This document shows, piece after piece, positions 20,410 to 30,379 of a DNA stretch of 64,000 nucleotides (position 1 is the stretch's first letter; the number at the start of each line of letters is the position of its first letter). The translations under genes were made by a program, and so were the position numbers. The notes below the pieces were generated by a model. It was not told the origin of the DNA and made no database searches. It was given only the letters and a program-made list of their open reading frames with translations. The DNA comes from Parcubacteria group bacterium (GTDB lineage: Bacteria; Patescibacteriota; Minisyncoccia; Moranbacterales; UBA11712), in assembly GCA_041659065.1 (NCBI GenBank), contig JBAZYY010000001.1, positions 274,228 to 338,227 on the forward strand, given 5' to 3'.

Positions 20410-20508
20410 GGCTTAAGTTTTTTAAATATTTAATATTGTTTTTGATAATTCTGGCAGGGCTGACGTTGTCTTCCCTGCCCCCTGGCACTGTTTTGCCAGG
20501 TATAATAG

Positions 20509-20736
20509 TTACGCCTCCGAACCAGCGAATATCGCCCGATAAATATCCTCCGCGCTGCCCCATTCAGGAGCAACACTAACAATCAGGTGTTCTTTCTTCT
20601 CATTAAAAGGTTGCGGTTTGTCGTTTGCCATCGTTAGGGGACAAGGATTCTCTTCCCATCCCCAGCTCCCCAGCTCGCATGGTCCTTTGCCTGGAATCAG
20701 ATGCGAGCAATCTAGGCACATTGCATTGTATGCCAT
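20509..20736 (-). CDS. Small hypothetical Cys-containing protein
   Basis: 75-aa ORF with GAGGTGA SD upstream and CxxC...C...C pattern. Confidence 0.55.
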   Translation of the reverse strand: MAYNAMCLDCSHLIPGKGPCELGSWGWEENPCPLTMANDKPQPFNEKKEHLIVSVAPEWGSAEDIYRAIFAGSEA

Positions 20737-20847
20737 TGAGTCACCTCTGCTTTGGGGTTTATTTTTAATATTATTATAATTTATCTTTATTTTATGTCAA
20801 ATTATAATAATATTATATCATTTTATATTTGTAGATTATATTACATT

Positions 20848-20878
20848 AAAAAAACAGAGCAATTCAGCCCTGTTTTTT
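20848..20878 (-). terminator. Intrinsic terminator after rplL
   Basis: aaaaaacag...ctgtttttt inverted repeat. Confidence 0.6.
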
Positions 20879-20903
20879 CAATAAAAATCTTTGAATTTGA
20901 AAT

Positions 20904-21350
20904 TTACTTCAAGTTCACAGTTGCTCCGGCATCTTCCAGTTTCTTCTTGATTTCTTCCGCTTCAGCCTTGGGAGCCTTTTCTTTGATAACCTTTGGAGCC
21001 GCGTCAACTAAATCTTTGGCGTCCTTAAGCCCTTGTCCGGTAACTTCCCGAACAACCTTGATAACATTGATCTTCGCGTCACCTGAGGAAACAAGCTCAA
21101 TATCGAATTCGCTCTTCTCGGGAGCTGCTTCCGCCCCGCCGTCTCCGGCAGCTGGAACACCAGCTACAGCCATCATAGGCGCAGCCGCGCTCACTCCAAA
21201 TTTTTCTTCAAGCACCTTAACCAGCTCTGAAAGCTCAAGAACAGACATCTTTTCGACTTGCTCAACTAGAGCTTTGAACTTTTCAGGAACCTCAACTTCT
21301 TTTTTCTCTGAAGCTTCGGCACCCTCTTCTTTTTTTACTTCTTCAGCCAT
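20904..21350 (-). CDS. rplL: 50S ribosomal protein L7/L12
   Basis: [21 protein letters not shown]...[10 protein letters not shown] and LEDAGATV. Confidence 0.98.
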   Translation of the reverse strand: MAEEVKKEEGAEASEKKEVEVPEKFKALVEQVEKMSVLELSELVKVLEEKFGVSAAAPMMAVAGVPAAGDGGAEAAPEKSEFDIELVSSGDAKINVIKVVREVTGQGLKDAKDLVDAAPKVIKEKAPKAEAEEIKKKLEDAGATVNLK

Positions 21351-21439
21351 GGTCTTAAAAAAATTAATTATTGATTAAAAAAATGTTAGATTTTAGTTAG
21401 TTTGCTTAAGAAATCTAATACTTTCGACACTAGACTACT

Positions 21440-21955
21440 TTAAGCTTTTTCCGCGATGGCTTTCAATACCCCGACCAAATTCCGCAAATTTCCAGCCAGG
21501 ACATTTACAAACCCTGAAACCGGTGCGTTGATTGTGCCAACTAATTTAGCCAGAAGTTCTTCTTTGGACGGCAGTATAGCCAAAGCTACGACATCTTTGT
21601 CGGATAGCACTTGATTTCCCAGAACTCCCCGCAAAATTTTGAAATTCTTATTCGCCTTTGCAAATTTATGCAGGATTCTAGCAGCCGAAACTTCATCCTG
21701 CTGTCCAACCGTAAGGCCGATTTGCCCTTCCAGACCCAACGAATCCGCTTCGATTCCCGCTTCCTTAAATGCCCGATCGAATAATTTCTTTTTGCTGACC
21801 TTATATGTCGCTTCCGCCTGTCTCAGCTCCCGTCTCAGCTCCTGCATTTTAGCAACCGAAGTTCCCGTAAAATCAGTGAAAATTGAAACTTTACTGGATT
21901 TAATCTGATTGGTTAAATCCTTCACTAAAGCCTTTTTTTGATCTTTGTTAAGCAT
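21440..21955 (-). CDS. rplJ: 50S ribosomal protein L10
   Basis: ELRRELR...YKVSKKKL and LPSKEELLAKL; directly upstream of rplL. Confidence 0.96.
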   Translation of the reverse strand: MLNKDQKKALVKDLTNQIKSSKVSIFTDFTGTSVAKMQELRRELRQAEATYKVSKKKLFDRAFKEAGIEADSLGLEGQIGLTVGQQDEVSAARILHKFAKANKNFKILRGVLGNQVLSDKDVVALAILPSKEELLAKLVGTINAPVSGFVNVLAGNLRNLVGVLKAIAEKA

Positions 21956-21967
21956 AAAATCACAAAA

Positions 21968-22075
21968 AAATATTAAAAAATCCTGCTTTTCCGCAGGCTT
22001 GCAATAGCAACAAGAATCACTATTTGTTTCCTAATTAGGACTTACTTTATTGCCTAATTTCTGCGGAAAATACTT
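21968..22075 (-). promoter_or_regulatory. L10 leader-like RNA with terminator/antiterminator
   Basis: Minus strand: uuccgcAGAaauuAGG...CCUaauuAGGaa, then hairpin ccugc-ggaaaa-gcagg plus a U-run just before rplJ. Confidence 0.7.
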
Positions 22076-22145
22076 ATCTAGCTTGTAACGCCAATTTTAT
22101 ACCGATTACTAAATAATGTCAATAGATCACTAATAACCATGATCT

Positions 22146-23156
22146 CTATAAGCCATATTTTACCTTATTCGCTTCGTGCTCTTCGATAGTCTTCGAGAAA
22201 ATCGTTTTTCCCGTTTCCGGATCCGTCAAAAAGTAAGTATAATCCGTCTTTGTCGGATAAATCGCGGCCTCAATCGCGTTCAGTCCGGGATTATCAATCG
22301 GACTCGGCGGGAGGCCTTTATTAAGATAGGTATTATAAGGCGACGGCGTCCTTGTATCATCGAAAGAATATTGCTTCTTTTCCTTCCCCAAAACATATGC
22401 GACTGTAGCGCAGCTTTGAAGCGGCATACCCGCGCTAATCCTGTCCCAAAAAATTCCACTCGCGATTTTCATATCTTCGGGGGTTCTTACCTCCTTCTCC
22501 AAAATGCTGGCCATGGTAACAACCTCATACACACTTTTACCCTCGTTTTCTATATCGCTCTTCATTTTTTCGGTTATTTTCTCGTCGAAATTCAGAACCA
22601 TTCTGTCAATAATATCTTGGCTCGTGGCATCTTTGAAAAAAATATACGTATCTGGAAACAAAAACCCTTCCAAGTTTGCATCCCGGGCGTCTTGAGACAG
22701 AAAATCATAATCCGTATTAATTCCGCATTTGCATTTAAGCTTGCTTAAAAAATCGTCACCCTTAAACCCTTTTTGCCCCAACACTTCTGCCATATCCTTG
22801 GAATTCATGCCCTCCGGAAAAGTTACTTTGATCTCATTTGGGATTATCTCCCCCAAGGATAGCACCTGCACAATCTCAGGGATCGTAAGGGATCCCTTCA
22901 ATTCGTATTCTCCGGCTTTTATTTTGCTCTTGCTGCCGTTTTTCCAGATATAGTAGTCAAAATAGTATTTATTTTTTATTAAGCCGGCTTTTTCAAGTTC
23001 CGATGCGATCTCCTTGACTCCCTCTCCTCTTTTTAGTTCAAAAGTTTGCGTTATATTTCCCGGACCATGCGAAAAATAAACCTGGCGGCTAAAATAATAA
23101 TAGGCCACGCCAAGCAGCACAAAAAAAGCAATAAGAATAGTTAGCAGCTTTCTCAT
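22146..23156 (-). CDS. mltG: Endolytic murein transglycosylase MltG
   Basis: IKAGEY, VTFPEG, LEGFLFPDTY, ASILEKE and SPYNTY...GLPPSPIDNPG. Confidence 0.95.
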   Translation of the reverse strand: MRKLLTILIAFFVLLGVAYYYFSRQVYFSHGPGNITQTFELKRGEGVKEIASELEKAGLIKNKYYFDYYIWKNGSKSKIKAGEYELKGSLTIPEIVQVLSLGEIIPNEIKVTFPEGMNSKDMAEVLGQKGFKGDDFLSKLKCKCGINTDYDFLSQDARDANLEGFLFPDTYIFFKDATSQDIIDRMVLNFDEKITEKMKSDIENEGKSVYEVVTMASILEKEVRTPEDMKIASGIFWDRISAGMPLQSCATVAYVLGKEKKQYSFDDTRTPSPYNTYLNKGLPPSPIDNPGLNAIEAAIYPTKTDYTYFLTDPETGKTIFSKTIEEHEANKVKYGL

Positions 23157-23203
23157 AGAATACAATTATACTACATTTCGATTATTTGCAAAAGATTTTA
23201 AAC

Positions 23204-24940
23204 TTACCAGCTACCGCCTCCTCCGCCGCCAAAACCGCCTCCTCCGCCGCCGCCAGAAAAGCCCGACCCTCCACTGGCAGCGGAAGATGGCTGGCTCGCC
23301 ATTGTCGTCACTGCAGAACTGGAAAAGTCAGAAACTATACTACCAAGTATTACCGCGTTGAAAACACGACCGGAGGAATCTTCATACCAGCTTGGCTGTT
23401 GTTTATATATTTCCTCAAACTGCTTCGCCCACTCTTTTTCAACGCCTAAAACCATCGCGTATGGCAAAAATTTCTCGAACATTTGGGGATTTTTTTTCGG
23501 CGCATTATGGAATTTCAGGCGGTCTTTTTCCGTAACGGAAAGAAAATCCTTGAAACCCAAGATGTGCTCCTTGAGTTTAGCGCCGCGCATGGTCACCGCC
23601 GGCATCAAATAGCCGAAGACCAGAATAATAACTCCCGAAAGCATTCCGCTCCCAATTCCCCAACCTCCCTGGAACATTCCGAATATGACAGCCAAAAAGG
23701 CTCCGCCCACGATCGCAATTGCTATCCACGTTCCGAATACCGTATTCGGGTTTTTGGCATAATACCCCTTTTGCGTCACGTCTTCGTAGAGCTGGCTTTT
23801 GACAACCGAAAGGGTTTTATAAAATTTGCTCTTAAGATCCGCAAGCTTTTTTTCCTTGCCTCCATCAAAAATTCCCTTCATTATTTCTTTTTCAAAATCC
23901 CGCTCCGGCTCTTCGTCTTTCAGCCTTATAAAAGTATATTCCGCACTTGTCTTCCCGAAAAAACCCTTTTCTTCGGTCCTTTTTATTTTGAGAAAACCCC
24001 GAATAGCAAGGTCGATGATCGTCGATGAAACGTCCTTATTATCCGCGGAACCGTCCATCATCGTGCCAACTTCTGCTGGAGCCAGCCCATCCGGCGCTTC
24101 GTATTGGGCAATGATCGTTCCCCGCCCCTTCGGATCACGACCCTTCTTGCTCCAAAGTCGGAACATCAGGACAAAAACAATAATCGGAACAAGGAGCGTC
24201 CAATTGTCGCGCACGGTGTCGAATATTTTCTGAAACATTGTCGGCTCGGGCGTGATGCCCTTGGGCCATCCGGCGACGATTGTTATCCCTTCGCCGGGAG
24301 ACAGCGCGCCATTCGCGGCATATTCAATTATATTTCCGCTCACGTTTGATACGCACTCATCCGTGCTTCCATATACCCCCTGGTAGCATTTGGCCTGTAA
24401 ATTATTGCCAGCTCCGTTAGGCAAAATAATTTTCACCGATGCGTTTTCTATCGGAATTTGCCACTGATCTCCCGTAAAATTCCAATATAGCTCGTCATGA
24501 TCGGGAAAATAGTTAACTGCCCGACGGACAACATAGCTTATTTCATAATTCTTTTGACCGCTAACATATTCATCCGCATCTCCAATTTTTATTTCAACGT
24601 TATCCTCGGGGTAAGTTAAGGTGAAATTTTGTGGCGCGCCGGTTTCATCCACCACCTTGATGTCCGATAGCCGCAGGTTATAATTCCCACCCCGAGCCTT
24701 ATACTTTACGGGAATAAACCGAAAAATGCCATGTTTTTGCTGCGCACCAAAATCATACTGAATATCTTCCTTGACGTTAATCGTGCTGTCAGCATTAATT
24801 TTTATTTCACCAGTAAAACTTATAATCTTTTCTTCACCAATAGGACTCTGCGCGTGGGTAAAGCTAAAAGCTAAGAGCGAAAAGATAAAAATAACAGCTG
24901 AGACATAAAAGCTTTTGGATTTCAGTCTTTGTTTTTCCAT
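23204..24940 (-). CDS. DUF2207 family membrane protein
   Basis: ELYWN, IIDLAIRG and LPYAMVLGV motifs; Gly-rich GGGGGGSW C-terminus. Confidence 0.9.
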   Translation of the reverse strand: MEKQRLKSKSFYVSAVIFIFSLLAFSFTHAQSPIGEEKIISFTGEIKINADSTINVKEDIQYDFGAQQKHGIFRFIPVKYKARGGNYNLRLSDIKVVDETGAPQNFTLTYPEDNVEIKIGDADEYVSGQKNYEISYVVRRAVNYFPDHDELYWNFTGDQWQIPIENASVKIILPNGAGNNLQAKCYQGVYGSTDECVSNVSGNIIEYAANGALSPGEGITIVAGWPKGITPEPTMFQKIFDTVRDNWTLLVPIIVFVLMFRLWSKKGRDPKGRGTIIAQYEAPDGLAPAEVGTMMDGSADNKDVSSTIIDLAIRGFLKIKRTEEKGFFGKTSAEYTFIRLKDEEPERDFEKEIMKGIFDGGKEKKLADLKSKFYKTLSVVKSQLYEDVTQKGYYAKNPNTVFGTWIAIAIVGGAFLAVIFGMFQGGWGIGSGMLSGVIILVFGYLMPAVTMRGAKLKEHILGFKDFLSVTEKDRLKFHNAPKKNPQMFEKFLPYAMVLGVEKEWAKQFEEIYKQQPSWYEDSSGRVFNAVILGSIVSDFSSSAVTTMASQPSSAASGGSGFSGGGGGGGFGGGGGGSW

Positions 24941-24963
24941 TTTAGATTTACGCTTTTAGATTT

Positions 24964-25329
24964 TTAGAATCTCGCGTTTTCATCGATCACCATTTTCTTT
25001 TTGAGTGACAGCCCTCCGCGCCGCCTTAAAGTCATAATCTTGTCCTTATCCCTGTCAATTTGCGATTCCATGCTTTCGTACACATTATCGATTGAGCCTT
25101 CGATTGATTCAGTTGTATCCTCACTGCGATAATCCTGGTAAGGCGTATGGAGCATTACCTCTACGCGGAATTTGCCTTTTTTATCAAGGTCTATTTCAAC
25201 TTCAGCCGTCACAACCGCATCCTCGCTGTAGGATTGAAAGAATTTTCCCAATTTTTCAACTTTCTCCGTGACATAGTCCTGAGTGCGACTATCGATTTTT
25301 ACTTCCTTGAATAAATAGCGGATATTCAT
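24964..25329 (-). CDS. raiA: Ribosome hibernation factor (RaiA/HPF)
   Basis: YVTEKVEKLGKF...FRVEV...SIDNVYE pattern; size typical of short HPF. Confidence 0.85.
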   Translation of the reverse strand: MNIRYLFKEVKIDSRTQDYVTEKVEKLGKFFQSYSEDAVVTAEVEIDLDKKGKFRVEVMLHTPYQDYRSEDTTESIEGSIDNVYESMESQIDRDKDKIMTLRRRGGLSLKKKMVIDENARF

Positions 25330-25374
25330 GGATTATTTCTTAAAAATTAAATTTAATCCTTTTTATTTAATACT

Positions 25375-26631
25375 TTACCAAGCGAGTTCTTTTTTCCTTA
25401 CCTTCACTGTAATGCTTTTTGTTGAAAAAACAAGCAGAATTATGGATAGTAATGCTCCCGCCAAACCCAAGACTGAAAATGCTTCCGAAAAGCCGACTAA
25501 ATCAGCCAGGAGTCCCGCGATTATAGGACCGACAATATAGCCTATGTTGTTAAAAAAATCCTCGAGAGATTCTATTTCACCTTCAACGACCGGCGTTTCA
25601 TTTATATAATCGGCGTAAGCTCCGTTGATTGCCGGAAACGCGAAATCGAGAAAAAACGCCGCAATAAAAGTTATTACGATGGGAATAATTGGACCGCTCC
25701 CAAAAGAAAATCCGACGAGCGCTAGCGACCCGATCAAAAGTCCAAGATAAGCAGTTTTTTTCTTACCCATCTTTCGGGTTAATGAACCGACGAACCAACC
25801 GACCATAAGGGTTGGAATAGAATAAGCAACCAGTAAAATTCCGCCGAATTGTTCAAGCCCCAATCCTTCCGAAAAAATAGGGCCGATTGTCCAAAAAAAG
25901 GCATCCACAATATACAGGAACATAGTCAGGATCAAAACCGGGAATATGGTTCTTCCAACTTTTCTCCAAAGCCTCAGCTCGATCAGGATTTTTTTATTCC
26001 GGCAAACTTCGTTTTTTTTGGAAACCTTGAACTTATTCTTATTATAAAAAAGCAGACTCATAAACAAAAGAAAGGCAATCAGCAGAAAGATCCAACCGAT
26101 AGAATAGGCTTTCCAGTCCACAAACTCAATGATAACCAAACCCGCGACCAGCGGAGCGATTATTTCCGCGAGCGACCTAAAGACGGAAACGACACCAAAA
26201 CTGGAGGCGTGCTCATCCTCTTTCGTAAATCTCCCTACAAAATCAAATACCCCAAAATTAAAAAGGTCGTAATACACACCCCAAATAGCCATGGCGATCA
26301 GAAATATCCAGATAGTTTTGGCCTGGGATAAAATCAGAGGAAATACAAAGCATATGGCGAACATGATCAGAAAAAGCCTGCGGAAAAAAAAGTTTTTTAC
26401 TATCCGGCAAATAAAAAAATCAAACAGCGCTCCGGATATTGATGAACTGCCGATAATAATTCCCATGGCTGTATTTGAAAACCCAGCCTGGGTAATCGCA
26501 ATAGGCGCGATAAAAGACATTATGCCGTCGAAAGTCGCCCAAAAAAGTATCATTATCGACAGAAAATAGAGGGGCCTGTGATTATCGCCGTATTGCTTGA
26601 AATGTGTCACTAGATGCCTGATAGTTGGCAC
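25375..26631 (-). CDS. MFS transporter
   Basis: About 12 TM helices and YIVGPIIAGLLAD. Confidence 0.85.
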   Translation of the reverse strand: MPTIRHLVTHFKQYGDNHRPLYFLSIMILFWATFDGIMSFIAPIAITQAGFSNTAMGIIIGSSSISGALFDFFICRIVKNFFFRRLFLIMFAICFVFPLILSQAKTIWIFLIAMAIWGVYYDLFNFGVFDFVGRFTKEDEHASSFGVVSVFRSLAEIIAPLVAGLVIIEFVDWKAYSIGWIFLLIAFLLFMSLLFYNKNKFKVSKKNEVCRNKKILIELRLWRKVGRTIFPVLILTMFLYIVDAFFWTIGPIFSEGLGLEQFGGILLVAYSIPTLMVGWFVGSLTRKMGKKKTAYLGLLIGSLALVGFSFGSGPIIPIVITFIAAFFLDFAFPAINGAYADYINETPVVEGEIESLEDFFNNIGYIVGPIIAGLLADLVGFSEAFSVLGLAGALLSIILLVFSTKSITVKVRKKELAW

Positions 26632-26697
26632 AGTTTTGTATTTATGTTTTTAGAATTGCTCTCTATCTGACTTATTGTTTTTCCCGTCTGGCTGGCC

Positions 26698-27669
26698 TCA
26701 GAAACCAACCATCCGGACCTCCTCTTTCAACTGTATGCCAAAATGATTTCTGACTTTTTGCTTGATTAGGCTGGCTAGAATTATCACGTCTTCGGCTTTT
26801 GCGTTTCCGATATTAACGATGAAATTTCCATGTCTCTCGCTAATCATCACTCCGCCAATTTTTTTACCGCGCAGTCCCAGCCGATCAATCAGATAACCAG
26901 CGGGGATGACGCCGCCTTTAGCCTCTTTTCCCGTATCCTCTTTGAAATCCGCTAGCAGCTTTTCCCTATTTGTGTCTGCGTTTTTGAAAAAACTTCCGGA
27001 ACTCGGGAGATCATACGGCTGCAACGCTTTTCGCTGTTGCATGATATCCGCGACCATCTGCTGGCTTTTTTTGCCATCTCCCTTTTTGAGGCGCAACGCG
27101 CATGACAAAATTATTAAATTTGGATTTTGTTTAAAAACACTGTCCCGATAACCAAATCTGCATTCCCCCGATTCATAGCTCTCGACTTTTGCATCTTCAT
27201 CGGCATTAATCTTTTCCGTATCCAAAACTTCCACTCTTTCCACTATTTCTGCCATGCTGGCTCCAAATGCTCCCGCGTTTCCCGCAACCGCCCCGCCAAT
27301 TGTGCCAGGAATACCCGCCGCCCACTCGAGGCCTGTTAAGCCGTACTTTACTGATTCCGACACAACTTTAGCTAAAGGGCATCCTGCGCCACATTCTACT
27401 TTAGCATCTAGTCTGCCTGCCGGCGAGGCAGGTATACGGCATTTAGTATTTAGTATTTTTATGATTAATCCGTCATATCCCTGGTCACTGACAAGAATAT
27501 TGCTGCCTCCGCCCAAAATGAAAACCGGCAAACTTTTTTCTTTTGCGTATTTTACAGCTTCGATTATTTCATCTTCTCTCTCGGCCTCAATAAAAAACTT
27601 CGCCGGTCCGCCGATTTTAATCGTTGTATATTGCGCTAAAGAAATATTTTGCTTGACTTCTACACTCAT
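26698..27669 (-). CDS. murB: UDP-N-acetylenolpyruvoylglucosamine reductase
   Basis: IGGPA, GGGSNIL, GIPGTIGGA...NAGAFG, GSFFKN and HGNFIVN. Confidence 0.96.
   Translation of the reverse strand: MSVEVKQNISLAQYTTIKIGGPAKFFIEAEREDEIIEAVKYAKEKSLPVFILGGGSNILVSDQGYDGLIIKILNTKCRIPASPAGRLDAKVECGAGCPLAKVVSESVKYGLTGLEWAAGIPGTIGGAVAGNAGAFGASMAEIVERVEVLDTEKINADEDAKVESYESGECRFGYRDSVFKQNPNLIILSCALRLKKGDGKKSQQMVADIMQQRKALQPYDLPSSGSFFKNADTNREKLLADFKEDTGKEAKGGVIPAGYLIDRLGLRGKKIGGVMISERHGNFIVNIGNAKAEDVIILASLIKQKVRNHFGIQLKEEVRMVGF
27412..27432. repeat. 21-nt in-frame mini-palindrome inside murB (encodes PASPAGR)
   Basis: cctgcctcgccggcaggcaga on the minus strand; same family as copies at 34550, 36858 and 49137. 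Confidence 0.7.
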
Positions 27670-27720
27670 CTCAAAGATTTATTCCATTACAACTTAAACC
27701 GAAACTTTTCACTTTTAATT

Positions 27721-29097
27721 TTAATCTTTTAACTTCTCCACTACTTCCCATACATTTCCCGCGCCCATGGCAATAATCACATCTTCCTTGCTAATTTTAT
27801 CGGATAAAAATTCCACAGTTTCGCCGATCGTTGGCACATATTCCACGCTCTTATGGTACCTCGATGCCTCCGCGACTAAATCCTTTGAATGCACTCCGCC
27901 CTGCGTTTCTCGGGCACTGCCATAAATATCAAGAATTATAACTCGATCCGCATCCGAAAAGCTCTGGGAGAACTCAGAAAGAAGCGCTTTGGTCCTTGAA
28001 AATGTGTGGGGATGGAAAACGCACCAAATCCGACGCTTGGGAAAAAATTCACGCGCAGCGGCCAAGGTTGCCTTTATTTCTTCCGGGTGATGAGCGTAGT
28101 CATCAAGCAAAATCGCTCCATTTCTCTCGCCGATATAGTCGAATCTTCTTGATGTGCCCTCAAACTCCGCCAGAGCCTGCCTCACTTTTTCCATCTTGGC
28201 GTTGAATTGATGGCTCATTGCGATCGCGGCTGCCGCGTTCAGCACGTTGTGTTTTCCGGGAAGCTCAAGATCGAATTCGCCAAGCTTCTTATCCCCCGCC
28301 CAAACATCGAAAAATTGTTTCCCTTCCCTGATCTTATGGTTTTTTATTCTGACATTATTGTCTTTTCCAAATCCGTATGAGATCACCTTGCATTTGGCTT
28401 CTTTTGCAATCTCGAGCGTTTCGCTCCTATCGCCGCAAACCACCAAGAAGCCATGCAGCGGAATTTTTTTAACGAATTTCACGAAAGTTGATTTATATTC
28501 TTCGAAGCTGGGGAAAAAATCCGGATGGTCCCAATCAGCGCTTGTGAGAATCGCAGCCTTAGGGTTATAATAGTCGAATTTACCTTGATATTCATCAGCT
28601 TCAATCACCATGAATTCACTCCGGCCGAAAAGTGCCGCGCTCCTCCACTGCTTCACAAGCGACCCGACAACCGCGGTTGGGTCAAATTCGGCTTTCCTCA
28701 TAATTTCCGCCAGCATAGCTGTCGTCGTAGTTTTGCCATGCGTGCCGCAGACCGCTATTCCGAATTTCTGGTCAAACAGTTCACCCAAAAGTTGCGGATA
28801 GGAGGCCATTTGTAATCCTTTTTTGACAGAAATCCTGAATTCCTCATTATTATCTTCGTTATAAGCCGTGGAATAAACAACCAGGTCAATGTCGTCAGTG
28901 ATGTGCTCCGCGCTGAAACCTTCATAAAACTTAATACAAAGCCTTTTTTTGAGAATATTCTCCGTAAAAAATTTTTCAGTCGTGTCGGATCCTCCAATCT
29001 CAAATCCAAGCCTGTGTAATATTTCAACTAGAGCAACCATTCCGCTGCCTTTGATGCCGATAAAATAAATTTTTTTTATTTTTGAGAATTCAATCAT
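27721..29097 (-). CDS. murC: UDP-N-acetylmuramate--L-alanine ligase
   Basis: IGIKGSGM, GTHGKTTT, EADE and DDYAHHPEEI. Confidence 0.96.
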   Translation of the reverse strand: MIEFSKIKKIYFIGIKGSGMVALVEILHRLGFEIGGSDTTEKFFTENILKKRLCIKFYEGFSAEHITDDIDLVVYSTAYNEDNNEEFRISVKKGLQMASYPQLLGELFDQKFGIAVCGTHGKTTTTAMLAEIMRKAEFDPTAVVGSLVKQWRSAALFGRSEFMVIEADEYQGKFDYYNPKAAILTSADWDHPDFFPSFEEYKSTFVKFVKKIPLHGFLVVCGDRSETLEIAKEAKCKVISYGFGKDNNVRIKNHKIREGKQFFDVWAGDKKLGEFDLELPGKHNVLNAAAAIAMSHQFNAKMEKVRQALAEFEGTSRRFDYIGERNGAILLDDYAHHPEEIKATLAAAREFFPKRRIWCVFHPHTFSRTKALLSEFSQSFSDADRVIILDIYGSARETQGGVHSKDLVAEASRYHKSVEYVPTIGETVEFLSDKISKEDVIIAMGAGNVWEVVEKLKD

Positions 29098-29163
29098 ATT
29101 TAAAAAGAGGAGATAAATTTGAACTTCCGTTTATTTCCTCTAAATTCATCCAATGATTTTCAA

Positions 29164-30273
29164 TTATCTGCTTAGGTTTATGAGTTCATCCGCGATTACT
29201 CTCGCTGCCTCCGGATTATAAAATTTTTTCACCCGTTGGCTCATTTCAAACCTCAATTCTTCATTTCCGAGTATTTCCTCAATCTTTTCGAAAAGTATAT
29301 TCTCTCCCAAATTATTTTGCTCAAGAGTTATGGCCGCCCCGGCTTGAGAAAAGACAAAGGCGTTTTGCTCCTGGTGATTATTGGCCGCCCCATCGAGCGG
29401 TATGAGAATCGAGGGCTTGGCATTTGCCGCGATTTCGGTCATCACATTGGCTCCCGCGCGACTAATAATAAGGTCGGCTAAGGCAAATACATGCGGCAAC
29501 TCTTCCCCTAGGAAAGGAACCGCGATATATCCCTCGTGTCCGGCTTTTATTCCAAGCTCTCCCACTTGGTGGATTACTGATTCGTACTCCCCTTTGCCGA
29601 TAATATGGATGATCTGGTAACTTTTCAGCAATCTTTTCAAAATTCCAATCACAGCATGGTTGATTGCGCGCGAGCCTTGGCTGCCCCCAATAATCAAGAT
29701 TGTCTTTTTGTCCGGCGAGAGAGAAAATTTTTTCATAGCTTCCTCCCTATTCCCTTCCGTAAGCTCTTTTCTGATTGGATTTCCGGAAAGAAAAGTTTTC
29801 TTCTCCGAGAAAAAACTCAACGACTCCGGAAAAGAGATTGCCACTCTTGCGGCCAATCTTGATAATATCTGGTTGGCAAGTCCCGGCATGACATCCGACT
29901 CATGGATTAGGATGGGAATTCTATAGATATACGCCGCTATTGCCACCGGGACACAGGCAAAGCCGCCCTTGGCAAAAATTGCGTCAGGCATAAAAGCCAG
30001 CAGCCGGAAAAGTGATTGGATAATTCCCACGGGAATTTTGAAAACATCAATAAAATTTTGAACCGAGAAATAGCGCCTAAATTTTCCGCTAACAATTTTT
30101 TTGGCGGGAATTAGCTCCTTTTCCATCACTTCCTTTTCCAGCTCTCCTTCTGTACCCAGAAAAAGAAGCTCCAGATCCTCCTTTTCACCTATTTCTTCTT
30201 TTAGTGCGCGAGCTACCGATAAAATCGGAAAAATATGCCCCCCAGTCCCGCCACCCGTCAATACAATCTTCAT
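29164..30273 (-). CDS. murG: Lipid II GlcNAc transferase MurG
   Basis: TGGGTGGHIFP, GNPIR, GGSQG, SRAGA and HQEQNA. Confidence 0.97.
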   Translation of the reverse strand: MKIVLTGGGTGGHIFPILSVARALKEEIGEKEDLELLFLGTEGELEKEVMEKELIPAKKIVSGKFRRYFSVQNFIDVFKIPVGIIQSLFRLLAFMPDAIFAKGGFACVPVAIAAYIYRIPILIHESDVMPGLANQILSRLAARVAISFPESLSFFSEKKTFLSGNPIRKELTEGNREEAMKKFSLSPDKKTILIIGGSQGSRAINHAVIGILKRLLKSYQIIHIIGKGEYESVIHQVGELGIKAGHEGYIAVPFLGEELPHVFALADLIISRAGANVMTEIAANAKPSILIPLDGAANNHQEQNAFVFSQAGAAITLEQNNLGENILFEKIEEILGNEELRFEMSQRVKKFYNPEAARVIADELINLSR

Positions 30274-30379
30274 AAAAACTTAAAGCTAAGAGCGAAAAAC
30301 TCAAAACAATAATCTATTATCCTATTTTTTCGCTTTTAGTTATTTCTTTTACATTTTAGCTTTTCACTTTTCCTTTCTT

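Noticed and set aside
23204-23290. GC-rich ccg/cct repeats
   Set aside because: They encode the normal Gly-rich tail of DUF2207 proteins.
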